Assembly: GCA_043745805.1 (NCBI GenBank)
Contig: JAYTSD010000020.1
Location: 145,527-209,526, forward strand
Direction: 5' to 3'
Length of the DNA: 64,000 bases
Origin: Fibrobacteria bacterium
GTDB taxonomy: Bacteria > Fibrobacterota > Fibrobacteria > UBA11236
A program made the translations under genes and the position numbers. Positions 1 through 9,590 of this stretch are shown piece by piece. Position 1 is the stretch's first letter, and each line of letters starts with the position of its first letter. The notes beneath the pieces are model-generated. The model ran no database searches, was not told where the DNA came from, and was given only the letters and a program-made list of their open reading frames with translations.

Positions 1-763
1 ATTTGCCTTCTCCTCCAATAAGTGCATCCAAAGAAAATAGTTTACGAAACTCCGCATCTTCTCGAAACTCCTTCGCGGAACCCTTTTGCAAAAGACCTCC
101 CGGATGGAGTAACCAAATTTGGTCTACCGCCTTCAAAACTAATTCAGGATCGTGCGCAGAAAATAAAATACCTTGGGAAGTTTCTCGCGTTAATTTTCTA
201 AGCAATTGCAATACTTCCACTTTATGCGGCCAATCTAAAAAGGCTAAAGGTTCGTCTAAAATTAGTACGGGGGTTTGTTGGGCTAAACAACGGGCGAGTA
301 ACACCCTTTGTTTTTCTCCATCGCTGAGTTCCGAAAAAAGTCGCGCGGATAAATTAGTGACATCTAAGGCTTGTAAAGAATTACTAATAATAGTTTCATC
401 CGCTTCCGAAAGGTTTCCCCAATAATCGGTATGTGGATGCCGACCTAAAGCCACTAATTCGTAAACTTTTATTTCGCCCCATGCTATTCTATCGGTAAGT
501 AATACTGCCAATATTTTTGCGCGCTCGGAAGCGCTATATTGCACCAGCAAATCTCCAGTAACATTAATGTAACCTGCAAGGCTGTTTTGTAATCCCGCTA
601 GCGTGCGCAATAAAGTAGATTTACCCGCGCCATTATAGCCCAATAAACCAATTAATTCTCCGGAACGGATTTGTAAATTTAAAGCTTGTGCTAAGATCCG
701 ATTTTTTCCATGCTGAGTATAACCGATAGCTAAATCATGAGCATCCAATAAAAGAGATTTCAA
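1..763 (-). CDS. ABC transporter ATP-binding protein, iron-siderophore/cobalamin type (3' end runs off the window)
   Basis: Read manually on the minus strand from a TTG at 763 that overlaps the permease stop: MKSLLLDAHDLAIGYTQ...GELIGLLGYNGAGKSTLLRT (Walker A). Not in the ORF track because it has no stop in the window. Confidence 0.88.
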   Translation of the reverse strand, partial: MKSLLLDAHDLAIGYTQHGKNRILAQALNLQIRSGELIGLLGYNGAGKSTLLRTLAGLQNSLAGYINVTGDLLVQYSASERAKILAVLLTDRIAWGEIKVYELVALGRHPHTDYWGNLSEADETIISNSLQALDVTNLSARLFSELSDGEKQRVLLARCLAQQTPVLILDEPLAFLDWPHKVEVLQLLRKLTRETSQGILFSAHDPELVLKAVDQIWLLHPGGLLQKGSAKEFREDAEFRKLFSLDALIGGEGK

Positions 764-1791
764 AATCCACCTCGTCTTCGCAATAAAAGCAAAATTACAA
801 TCGGCGCCCCTAATAATGAAAGGATGGTATTTAATGGCAAGATATGCCCCGATCCGGGTAATTGGGTTAATGCATCCGCACCTATTGCGACAATGCCACC
901 GAGTAAAATACAGACGGGTAACAAAATGCGATGATCGGCGGTGCGGAAAAGGTAACGTGCGGCATGTGGTACGGCTAAACCTAAAAAGGCTAAGGGTCCA
1001 CAATAGGCGGTTACGGCTCCGGTTAATAAACAGGTGGAAAATAATAGGATCCAACGGGATTGCCGCAAGGAAACCCCTAGGCTACGGGCATATTGATCGC
1101 CTAATAATAAAGCATTCATAGCCTTCATAGCAAAAAAGCTGAACAAAATCCCCATTAATATTAAAGACGCCATGAGGGGTAACCTTTGCCAAGAAACACC
1201 TGCAAAAGTTCCGAAATTCCATAAAGCATAGGATTGTACTTGGGCGGCTTGCGCGGAGGCTAAAAGTACATTCACTAGTGCGCCCACGGCATACCCGAGC
1301 ATAATCCCTAATAATAGCAAAGGAAGATTGCCTTCTAAGCGTTTGGCGGCCCAAAGTATAATCGCCATGACTATTGCGGAACCTAACATGGCAGCGAATT
1401 GTATCCCCAACCCTCCCACCATATTACCGAGCCAAGAAGTGGGAATGGTAAGTAACACTAATGATACCCCCAAACTGGCTCCAGAACTTATTCCTAAAAC
1501 AAAAGGATCAGCCAAGGGATTACGAAATAGAGTTTGCATTTGCAAGCCGCTCACGGATAAAGCAATGCCGGCCAATAAGGCCGCTAAATTTTTGGGGAAA
1601 CGAAATTCCCAAAAAATAGCCAGCCAACTCAATTTTTCCGGCGTATGACCTAAGAGCATATTTTTAATCGCGGAAAGTGGAATAGAAACTGATCCCCAAG
1701 TCAAATTGAAAATAAAAATTATCAGCAAGACTAATACTAATAGGGATAATTTAGCCCAAGGGTAACCGGAAGATTTCATCAAGGCCTTCAT
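760..1791 (-). CDS. FecCD/BtuC-family ABC transporter permease
   Basis: Hydrophobic 343 aa protein with MQTLFRNPLADPFVLGISSGASLG, LLLGDQYARSLGV and CGPLAFLGLAVPH motifs. Confidence 0.95.
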   Translation of the reverse strand: MKALMKSSGYPWAKLSLLVLVLLIIFIFNLTWGSVSIPLSAIKNMLLGHTPEKLSWLAIFWEFRFPKNLAALLAGIALSVSGLQMQTLFRNPLADPFVLGISSGASLGVSLVLLTIPTSWLGNMVGGLGIQFAAMLGSAIVMAIILWAAKRLEGNLPLLLLGIMLGYAVGALVNVLLASAQAAQVQSYALWNFGTFAGVSWQRLPLMASLILMGILFSFFAMKAMNALLLGDQYARSLGVSLRQSRWILLFSTCLLTGAVTAYCGPLAFLGLAVPHAARYLFRTADHRILLPVCILLGGIVAIGADALTQLPGSGHILPLNTILSLLGAPIVILLLLRRRGGF

Positions 1792-2942
1792 TCTAGTTTA
1801 TGAAACCATTTCAAGGAATGTTGTGGTAATAATTCGGGATGGAAAATAGTTAGCATATCGGCCAGGAGAGCCGCTGGATCGGCAGCCCCTTCTTCGAAAA
1901 TATCATTTCCTCCTTCAGGAGTAACGCGTGCATTATTGTTAAAAACATTTTTGTTGCGAAAGGCTTTAAAAAGATTATAGCGTTCATCCTGCTCCAAGCC
2001 CTCGTTCAAAGAATTCCAGTTAGACGGATTAATCCAAAAATCGGCGGCTGAGGCTTTGTCCAAAACACTTTCAAAGTTCAGCGGAAGAATTTCGCTGGAT
2101 GAATCCTCGGCCCATAAATATTTTGCACCTGCATCATTCAAAATTTTGGCGACATAACTATTCCCTCCCGACATATGCCAAGTGCCGCCGAATAAAGCAT
2201 TCACAAATACTGTGGGAGAGGACTTTGCTTGACGACTTAAAATTGCCAAGTCTTCATACTGCCTAGCTGTTTTTACAAATAAACTTTCGGCTAAAGCCTC
2301 TTGATTAAAAAATGCCGCGATGAATTTAATCCATTCTGCGCGACCCAGTGGGTGACTTTCCAAATAAGAAGCATTCAAAACCATGGGCAATTTGGCCAAG
2401 TTTATTTTTTCATTATTTAGATCTTTTTCTTCTACTGCAAAACTAATAATGAGATCCGGAGCTAATTCTAAAGTACGCTCTATATTAATTTGATTATTAC
2501 TTGCTAAAGCTATGACTTTGCCATTAGCAAGAGCCTCGCGAATTTTTGGATTATACACGTAATTTGCTTCTCCAACGGCCACTAAATGATCGAGTAAGTT
2601 TAAATGATCTAGGTGGGGGAAATCGGTGGCGGAAAGTAATGCGATGTGATTTACAGGGGTGCGAATAATGACCTGTCCCATAAGGTACAGTGGGATGGGT
2701 TGATTTTTGGGCACTAAAAAATAATGCTGTGAGGCTTTGGCGCCGAGCCATGGTTTGCGAACAATAATTTCGGTATACAGGGCGTGATGAATGATTTGTA
2801 ATCCGTTGGAATAATGCATGGGGACAGCATCCCCTTTTTCAGTCAAAACAGGACTTTGACGTTCCTTAAATTTGCATGAAAGGCAAAAAAAGGAAAAGCA
2901 TAGGTATAGACTCAAAATGACCGAAGGTGATTTTTTCATCAT
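1788..2942 (-). CDS. ABC transporter substrate-binding lipoprotein (BtuF/Fe-siderophore class)
   Basis: Lipobox-like CLSC, then YLESHPLGRAEWIKF and DAGAKYLW motifs. It is the first gene of the permease/ATPase operon, with 4-bp overlaps. Confidence 0.9.
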   Translation of the reverse strand: MMKKSPSVILSLYLCFSFFCLSCKFKERQSPVLTEKGDAVPMHYSNGLQIIHHALYTEIIVRKPWLGAKASQHYFLVPKNQPIPLYLMGQVIIRTPVNHIALLSATDFPHLDHLNLLDHLVAVGEANYVYNPKIREALANGKVIALASNNQINIERTLELAPDLIISFAVEEKDLNNEKINLAKLPMVLNASYLESHPLGRAEWIKFIAAFFNQEALAESLFVKTARQYEDLAILSRQAKSSPTVFVNALFGGTWHMSGGNSYVAKILNDAGAKYLWAEDSSSEILPLNFESVLDKASAADFWINPSNWNSLNEGLEQDERYNLFKAFRNKNVFNNNARVTPEGGNDIFEEGAADPAALLADMLTIFHPELLPQHSLKWFHKLE

Positions 2943-3085
2943 CGAAATATATCTCCTCCCAAGGATGTTGTAAAAAGATTCGTCGCAAACCCTTTATTTT
3001 AGGGCTTCGCATACATTTGATTGGGAATCATTTGGATTTTTTTTATATATAAAAAATCGAACCGACAATTAATCCAGAGGCTACT

Positions 3086-3862
3086 TTGGAAGAGAATATT
3101 TTCCCTACCGGCACTAACAAAAAGTTTAGTTCCATTGACGCGCATGCACTCCGCGCAAGATTGGATGAGTATTTTTCTAGTCAACATAACGGTGAACATT
3201 TAACCGTCGAATTACCTATTTCCATGCTTTTAGAAATGGAAAAGAGTGTAGAAAAATCCTATGCCGAACCCGACGAAAAAACTTTAGCCGACGAAGCCGA
3301 AAGACAAAAGTGGAATAAAGAGTTGGGTAATCATTTGCGTCGTGTAGCAGCCTATGCTAAACTCTTGGCGCAAAAACTGGGCATGAGTGATGAAGAAGTT
3401 AAAATCATTAAACAAATTTCTCCCATGCATGATATTGGCAAAGGAGCTATTCCCGAATCAATTTTACACAAGCCCGCTAAACTCACAGTAGAAGAATTTG
3501 AAATCATGAAAACCCATACGCAATGGGGTTATGATTTGCTTAAAGATTGTAAAATGGAAATGCTCCAATTAGGGGCGATGGTGGCAGTACAACACCAAGA
3601 AAAATTCGATGGGTCGGGTTATCCGAATGGCTTAAAGGGTGAAGAAATTCATATCTATAGCCGCATCACTACCGTGGCCGATGTATTCGATGCTTTAGCG
3701 AGCGAGCGTAGTTATAAAAAAGCTTGGGATATTGAGGCTATCGTGCAATATTTTCAATGCGAACGCGGTGGTCACTTTGATCCCCTATTAGTGGATGTAC
3801 TACTAGAAAATTTACCTGAAATTCTTGAGATTAAAAAGGCCTTTGCGGAAAAGGGCGAGTAA
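3086..3862 (+). CDS. HD-GYP domain c-di-GMP phosphodiesterase
   Basis: HLRRV, MHDIGK, HQEKFDGSGYP and ADVFDAL motifs. The TTG start is uncertain. Confidence 0.92.
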   Translation: MEENIFPTGTNKKFSSIDAHALRARLDEYFSSQHNGEHLTVELPISMLLEMEKSVEKSYAEPDEKTLADEAERQKWNKELGNHLRRVAAYAKLLAQKLGMSDEEVKIIKQISPMHDIGKGAIPESILHKPAKLTVEEFEIMKTHTQWGYDLLKDCKMEMLQLGAMVAVQHQEKFDGSGYPNGLKGEEIHIYSRITTVADVFDALASERSYKKAWDIEAIVQYFQCERGGHFDPLLVDVLLENLPEILEIKKAFAEKGE

Positions 3863-3890
3863 CGCTTAATTAAAGCGACGAAGCCGTGAT

Positions 3891-4262
3891 TTAGTCGCCC
3901 AGTAATTCCTGAACTAAATTCATTAAAGCATGCAAACGAAATGGCTTTTGCAAAAAGGCCACTCCCGGCTGATCCAGTGCTTTTTGTATAGTGTCATTGC
4001 TATTCCCAGTATATCCCGAAATAAAAAGCACTTTTAAATGGGGATGAATAGCGCGAATTTTCACCATTAAATCAGGACCACTCATACGCGGCATGACTAC
4101 ATCGGTAATCATTAATTTTAAAGGCTCTAAATGCGATTCAGCTAATTCAATCGCTTCATTACCTTGGGAGGCAAACAATACGATATAACCGCGACTTTCC
4201 AGTATTTCGCGAATGAGCCTTCGAAGCAGCTCTTCATCTTCCACTAAGAGAATCGTAGTCAT
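3891..4262 (-). CDS. Single-domain response regulator (receiver)
   Basis: ILLVEDE, ITDVVMPRMSG (phosphoacceptor Asp), ISGY and LQKPF motifs. Confidence 0.95.
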   Translation of the reverse strand: MTTILLVEDEELLRRLIREILESRGYIVLFASQGNEAIELAESHLEPLKLMITDVVMPRMSGPDLMVKIRAIHPHLKVLFISGYTGNSNDTIQKALDQPGVAFLQKPFRLHALMNLVQELLGD

Positions 4263-4302
4263 TATGGAGAAGGTAAAAAAGCTTTAGTTAAAACGGAAAA
4301 AA

Positions 4303-5460
4303 TTAAGGCAGAAAAATTTCTTTAAAAGCCATGGTACTATCAGCTGGCATAGAGGAAATGGAAAAATGCGTGATCCCGATAACTTGATCATACTGTGACT
4401 TAACATACACGCGCCAATCCCCTGCGAGAAGATTTTGCTTATAGGTAAAACCACGAAAACCATTTTGCCTACCGCCGAAAATGGGATACCCTATTTTTGA
4501 AACAACCTTCCAATTTTTGTGAGATTTGTCATAATATTGCCATTCATGATAAATATGGGTATCTATACCGGAAGGAAGAAATAACGCGGAATAGCAGTAT
4601 AATTTTTCCCCAGGAAATAAATGCACTTCCTGTTCGGTGCTTTTCCAGAACTCCCAAAAGGCAGGTTTTTCAATTCGCAGCGCAAATCCTCCCGCCTGCT
4701 TTTCTAAATTACGCGCCATACGCAAATCTTTTTTCACCAAGGGTACTGGCGGTAAAGCATGGAAAAGAAATAATAAACCCATAGTGCCTCCCACTAAGTA
4801 ACTAGGGAAAATATTTCCTTTCGCTAGGGGGCTTAAACGTCGCACGCCTAAGGTTATGCCAATTCCCAAAGCAATACTTATAAAAAACCAAATGGGATTT
4901 AGGCTGTGAAATAAATGCGGTAAAGCAAAATTAAAATACAGAATACCGGCAAAAGTGAATAAGGACCAAGATAAGGTAAAGCGATGATAATGCTTGTCCC
5001 AAAACTCATTTGCCACCAATAAAAAAATCAAAGTCCCGGTGAATACAAAGCTAGGCCAATAACTGGAGCTAAGGAAATAAAAAATAACTAGAGCACTGAA
5101 AATACTACCAAAACAAAATTGCAATAAAAAATTGGGAACTTCTTTCCAAGGAAAACCATTTTGCTCCTCAAGGGTTTCTATTTCCATTCTGAGATTTTGC
5201 CTTGCCATGATAGGTAACATAGCAGCTGCTCCCAAATAATAAGCCAGTAGAATAAAAAGGTCTAAGGCTTGTATATTTTTTCCCAAGGAATAGGCGTCCC
5301 AAAGAAAACCTCCAATAAAGGCGGTGGCCGGAAAATAGGGTTTTATTTTTTGATATGGCTTAACGACGAGATGCGATGCTTTCATTATTTTAAAAATAAA
5401 TCCTCTATGACCTTCTTTTAAAGTCCTTTGGACAATAAAACTTTTTAATTTGAGAGACAT
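4303..5460 (-). CDS. Membrane protein with DUF2914-like C-terminal domain
   Basis: Multi-TM N-terminus followed by IYHEW...IFGGRQNGFRGFTYK...GDWRV. The start may instead be the ATG at 5385. Confidence 0.75.
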   Translation of the reverse strand: MSLKLKSFIVQRTLKEGHRGFIFKIMKASHLVVKPYQKIKPYFPATAFIGGFLWDAYSLGKNIQALDLFILLAYYLGAAAMLPIMARQNLRMEIETLEEQNGFPWKEVPNFLLQFCFGSIFSALVIFYFLSSSYWPSFVFTGTLIFLLVANEFWDKHYHRFTLSWSLFTFAGILYFNFALPHLFHSLNPIWFFISIALGIGITLGVRRLSPLAKGNIFPSYLVGGTMGLLFLFHALPPVPLVKKDLRMARNLEKQAGGFALRIEKPAFWEFWKSTEQEVHLFPGEKLYCYSALFLPSGIDTHIYHEWQYYDKSHKNWKVVSKIGYPIFGGRQNGFRGFTYKQNLLAGDWRVYVKSQYDQVIGITHFSISSMPADSTMAFKEIFLP

Positions 5461-5533
5461 CCTACTTCATCTCTTTCGAGGGCGGTAGAAATTTCAAGAT
5501 TACCAGAAAGTTGCAAAAGCAAGAAAGCTTCAT

Positions 5534-6607
5534 TTGTCAAGCACAGATCCTTCTCAAAACCATTCAAATCCTTTGGATAAATTCGCGTCTTCGCCCATTC
5601 GAAAGCATCGTCGATTATTTTGGTTTACATTTATACTCGCTTTATTGATCTCTTTAGTGTTACATCGCTGTTACCAAGAAGCTATTTTAAAAATCCCCCC
5701 ATTACCCGCGCCAGTCCATGGCGAGGCAAAAAATGCAAGCCAGGACAGCAGTTTTAAGCCCGCTATTCCCCTGACTCCCAAAATATTGGTGCCCACGACT
5801 CTTCAAAAACCTAAACTCGTCTTAAAAGAGATTTTACCTAAAGCTAAAATCGTCCTCTCCGACTCTGCACCCTACGTGTATGCTGATCCTTGGGGCGGGA
5901 GACATTTTGATTCTGTGGAAGTCAAATTGTTTTGTCGCGGGAATTGTGTGGTGCTGTATTCTTTGGAAGACAGTATTCATTTTAAAAGCTATGAAAATCC
6001 ACTAACCTTTCGACGCAATACCACACTTTGGATAACCGCTGTGGATTCCTTGGCGCGCCAAACCCAACCTTTACGCATCGAATATATTATCGAAAAAGAT
6101 CAAGGCTTATGCCGGCGTGGCATGATGCCGCTCACTGTAAAGGAAAAAAACCTCTGCATGGATATTTATGAATGGCCGAATAAGGCGGGAGAGCTTCCTC
6201 AGGCTTCGGTAAATCAGGCGCAAGCGGCAGATTCTTGTCAACGAGTGGGTAAACGTTTATGTGCCTTAGACGAATGGCAAAGCGCTTGTCACGGTCCTGC
6301 CAAGGATGCCTACCCATATGGACCAAAATACAATACCCAATATTGCGTCACTAAAGAAAATGCTGCCGAACGTTCTGGAAGAACTCCCGCTTGCCGGTCC
6401 TATTATGGTAACATGGATATGACGGGTAACTTATGGGAATGGACTTCTACGCCGGCTCCTGAAAATGAAGATTTCTTTTGGGTGGTTGGAGGTCAATGGA
6501 GTACTGGACCGGAAGGAACTTGTAGTTTGCATCGCTATAGCTTTTATCCTCAAAATCAATATCCTTTTGTGGGCTTTCGTTGCTGTGCCGAAATGGATAA
6601 AAAGTAA
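5534..6607 (+). CDS. Membrane-anchored formylglycine-generating-enzyme (SUMF1/FGE-sulfatase) family protein with Fn3-associated domain
   Basis: One N-terminal TM segment, a DPWGG...YENPLTFRRNTTLWITAVD domain, and C-terminal GKRLC..EW, DMTGNLWEW and GFRCC motifs. Confidence 0.8.
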   Translation: MSSTDPSQNHSNPLDKFASSPIRKHRRLFWFTFILALLISLVLHRCYQEAILKIPPLPAPVHGEAKNASQDSSFKPAIPLTPKILVPTTLQKPKLVLKEILPKAKIVLSDSAPYVYADPWGGRHFDSVEVKLFCRGNCVVLYSLEDSIHFKSYENPLTFRRNTTLWITAVDSLARQTQPLRIEYIIEKDQGLCRRGMMPLTVKEKNLCMDIYEWPNKAGELPQASVNQAQAADSCQRVGKRLCALDEWQSACHGPAKDAYPYGPKYNTQYCVTKENAAERSGRTPACRSYYGNMDMTGNLWEWTSTPAPENEDFFWVVGGQWSTGPEGTCSLHRYSFYPQNQYPFVGFRCCAEMDKK

Positions 6608-6632
6608 CCGTATTATTATTATCTTCTAGCCC

Positions 6633-9575
6633 ATGCAAGAAACACTTTATCTCATCGACAGTTCGGCTGTGGCCTTCCGTTCTTTTTATGCTTTTATCAA
6701 TCGCCCTTTAGTCAATTCCAAAGGCCGTGAAACTTCGGTGATATTTGGTTTTGCGTCACATATATTGCGTTTGATTAATGAATGTCATCCTACTCATATT
6801 GCCATTGTACAAGACTTACCCAAAAAAACTTTTCGTCATCATATGTATCAAGAATACAAGGCGCATCGCAAACCCATTCCCGAAAATCTGATTACGCAAT
6901 TACCGGATGTAAATGAATTTGTTGAGCTCTCAGGATTACATTGTATTTCCAAAGAAGGATTTGAAGCCGATGATGTGATTGGGACTTTAGCCTTACAAGG
7001 CAAACGTGCAGGCATGAAAGTATTTATTGTCAGTCGCGATAAAGATTTAATGCAATTGGTGGATGATGATATTTTAATGTTTGATCTAGGTTCTGCTGGC
7101 GAAGCCTCCACTACTATGGGTGTCGCGGAAGTCAAAGAAAAAATGGGAGTACCACCAAAGCAAATCGTTGATTTATTAGCCCTCATAGGCGATGCTTCGG
7201 ATAATGTTCCGGGCGTGGCTAAAATAGGCCCCAAAACCGCTGCTGATTTGTTGGCCACTTATGGTAACTTAGAGAATACCTATAAAAATGCTGAAAGCAT
7301 TAGCAAAAAGGGCTTACGCGAGAATTTGCTTAAAGATAAAGAGATGGCCTTCCTTTCGCAAAAACTGGTTACCTTGGATTGCGATATCGTTTTGCCCGTA
7401 GGCCTGGAAAATTTTCGTTATCAAGGCTTGGATCTCAAAGCTATTAATACTTTTGTAGAAAATTTAGAACTGCATTCTTTACGTAAATTTATTCCCAAAG
7501 AGAATACGGTCACTTCGACAGGCTCAGTTTCCGCAGGTGTAAGCTCAGTGAATGTAGTGGCCGCAGTATCTGGAGGTGGGCGCTCTACATCCAGGGGATC
7601 AGCAGTTGCAGGGAACCCTTCTTTACTTGATGATTCGATGATCGGTACTGTTCCTTCGACAAGCTCAATGTCTTCGGTGTCTGGTAAGGGTGACTCGGTA
7701 GTCACTGAGTCTGTCGAAGTGACGGAAGTGACCGAAGCAGCAGCCAAAGCGAATCGCTCTCACTTGCACTATCAATTAGCGTATGGTGAAGAAGCACTTG
7801 ATAAGCTATTTCAAGAATTGCGTAAAGCCGACATCATTGCGCTCGATACCGAAACTACGGGTCTTGATACTAATACCGCAGGCTTGGTGGGTATTTGTCT
7901 TTCCACGCAAAGTCATACCGGCTGGTATATTCCGATAGGACATCATGCAGGTCCAAATTTGAGTCTGGAGGAGGCGCGCAAATTTTTAAGCCCGATTTTC
8001 CATGACGCAAACAAAAAATTTATTTTCCACAATGCCAAATATGATATTCCTATTTTAGAGCGTCATGATTTTTTACCATCCTGTTTATTTTTAGGCGGAA
8101 ATTTAATCGATACCATGGTGGCGACTTATGTATGTAATCCGGGTACGCGCCGCTTATCGCTCGATGATTTAGCGATGGATCATTTTCAACATGCCATGAT
8201 TCCTATTGAGGTGTTAATTGGCAAAGGAAAAAATCAAAAAAGCTTTGCCGAAGTGCCGGTGGATAAAGCCTGTGAATATGGTGCGGAAGATGCCGACATT
8301 ACTTTTCGCTTATGGGAAATTTTCTCCAAAGAATTAACCGAGAAAAATTTAAGCCAACTTTTTTTCACCATGGAAATGACTTTGCTGCCAGTATTATTGC
8401 GCATGGAAGGTCGCGGAATAACTTTAGATGTTAATGTCTTAAAAACTCTTTCTGAACAATTAAAACTGGAAATCGCGCGCCTCGAAAATGAAATCTTTAC
8501 TTTAGCCGGACAAATTTTTAATGTCAGTTCGCCTTTGCAATTGCAAGAAATTCTTTTTGCAAAACTCGGATTAAAAACTGGTAAAAAAACCAAAACGGGC
8601 TATTCCACTGATGCCGACGTATTGGGTAAATTAGAAGGGAAGCATCCCATTATTAGTTTGCTTTTGGATCATCGTGAATGCACCAAGCTACGTAGCACTT
8701 ATGTAGAGGCTTTGCCGGAAATTGCCGATCCCGTAACACACAAAATCCACACACATTATTCCCAAGTGATTGCTGCCACCGGACGCTTATCCAGCATTAA
8801 TCCCAATTTGCAAAATATTCCCATCCGCACCGAAACAGGCCGGAAAATTCGCGGTTGCTTTGTGCCGTCATCGCCTGATCACGTTTTATTATGTGCCGAT
8901 TATTCGCAAATTGAATTGCGCCTGCTTGCGCATTTGAGTGGCGACCCCGCACTTTGCGAAGCTTATCAAAAGGGTTTGGATATTCATAGTCGCACGGCTT
9001 CCATTCTCTATAAAATCCCCGAAGATCAAGTGACATCCGATATGCGACGCAATGCCAAGGTGGTTAATTTTGGCGTACTTTATGGCATGGGACCACAACG
9101 CTTATCCGCGCAACTCAAAATCCCGCGTGCGGAAGCGCAACAATTTATCGCTAATTATTTCAGTACTTATGCTTCCGTGGACCGTTACATACAAGATACC
9201 ATAGAAAGTGGTCGCCGTTTGGGTTATGTGGAAACCCTAGCGGGGCGCAAAAGGTTTTTACCCGATTTAATGTCCGATAATCGAATGTTGAAAGAAAATG
9301 CGGAACGCATTGCTGCGAATACGCCAATTCAAGGCAGCGCAGCAGATCTAATCAAAATTGCCATGATTAGCATTGATAAAAAAATAGCCGCTAAAGGTTG
9401 GGATTGTGCCATGCTTTTGCAGGTACATGATGAATTGGTATTTGAAGTACATACTCGCGATGTGGCTGCTGCTTCGGAATTTATTCGCGAGGAAATGATA
9501 AATGCCATGCAATTGCGAGTGCCTTTAACCGTGGAAATCGGCACCGGCTTGACTTGGCTATCAGCTCACTCCTAA
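6633..9575 (+). CDS. polA: DNA polymerase I
   Basis: 5'-3' exonuclease (YLIDSS, EADDVIGTL, LIGDASDNVPGV), 3'-5' exonuclease (ALDTETTG, HNAKYD) and polymerase motifs (ADYSQIELR, AKVVNFGVLYG, LQVHDEL). The linker is unusually long and Ser/Thr/Val-rich. Confidence 0.98.
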   Translation: MQETLYLIDSSAVAFRSFYAFINRPLVNSKGRETSVIFGFASHILRLINECHPTHIAIVQDLPKKTFRHHMYQEYKAHRKPIPENLITQLPDVNEFVELSGLHCISKEGFEADDVIGTLALQGKRAGMKVFIVSRDKDLMQLVDDDILMFDLGSAGEASTTMGVAEVKEKMGVPPKQIVDLLALIGDASDNVPGVAKIGPKTAADLLATYGNLENTYKNAESISKKGLRENLLKDKEMAFLSQKLVTLDCDIVLPVGLENFRYQGLDLKAINTFVENLELHSLRKFIPKENTVTSTGSVSAGVSSVNVVAAVSGGGRSTSRGSAVAGNPSLLDDSMIGTVPSTSSMSSVSGKGDSVVTESVEVTEVTEAAAKANRSHLHYQLAYGEEALDKLFQELRKADIIALDTETTGLDTNTAGLVGICLSTQSHTGWYIPIGHHAGPNLSLEEARKFLSPIFHDANKKFIFHNAKYDIPILERHDFLPSCLFLGGNLIDTMVATYVCNPGTRRLSLDDLAMDHFQHAMIPIEVLIGKGKNQKSFAEVPVDKACEYGAEDADITFRLWEIFSKELTEKNLSQLFFTMEMTLLPVLLRMEGRGITLDVNVLKTLSEQLKLEIARLENEIFTLAGQIFNVSSPLQLQEILFAKLGLKTGKKTKTGYSTDADVLGKLEGKHPIISLLLDHRECTKLRSTYVEALPEIADPVTHKIHTHYSQVIAATGRLSSINPNLQNIPIRTETGRKIRGCFVPSSPDHVLLCADYSQIELRLLAHLSGDPALCEAYQKGLDIHSRTASILYKIPEDQVTSDMRRNAKVVNFGVLYGMGPQRLSAQLKIPRAEAQQFIANYFSTYASVDRYIQDTIESGRRLGYVETLAGRKRFLPDLMSDNRMLKENAERIAANTPIQGSAADLIKIAMISIDKKIAAKGWDCAMLLQVHDELVFEVHTRDVAAASEFIREEMINAMQLRVPLTVEIGTGLTWLSAHS
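7505..7723. repeat. Cluster of REP-like hairpin elements inside the polA coding sequence
   Basis: tacggtcacttcgacaggctcag from 7505, ccttcgacaagctca from 7653, and an inverted gtcactgagtctgtcgaagtgac at 7701-7723 all match the intergenic hairpins at 15138-15170 and 17558-17594. Confidence 0.8.
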
Positions 9576-9590
9576 TGAAGAAAGAAAACT

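Noticed and set aside
3-425. 140-aa plus-strand ORF, and many similar short ORFs antisense to or overlapping long genes (e.g. 6848-7258, 7421-7747, 41628-42059)
   Set aside because: They are shadow frames of well-supported genes and have no recognisable motifs.
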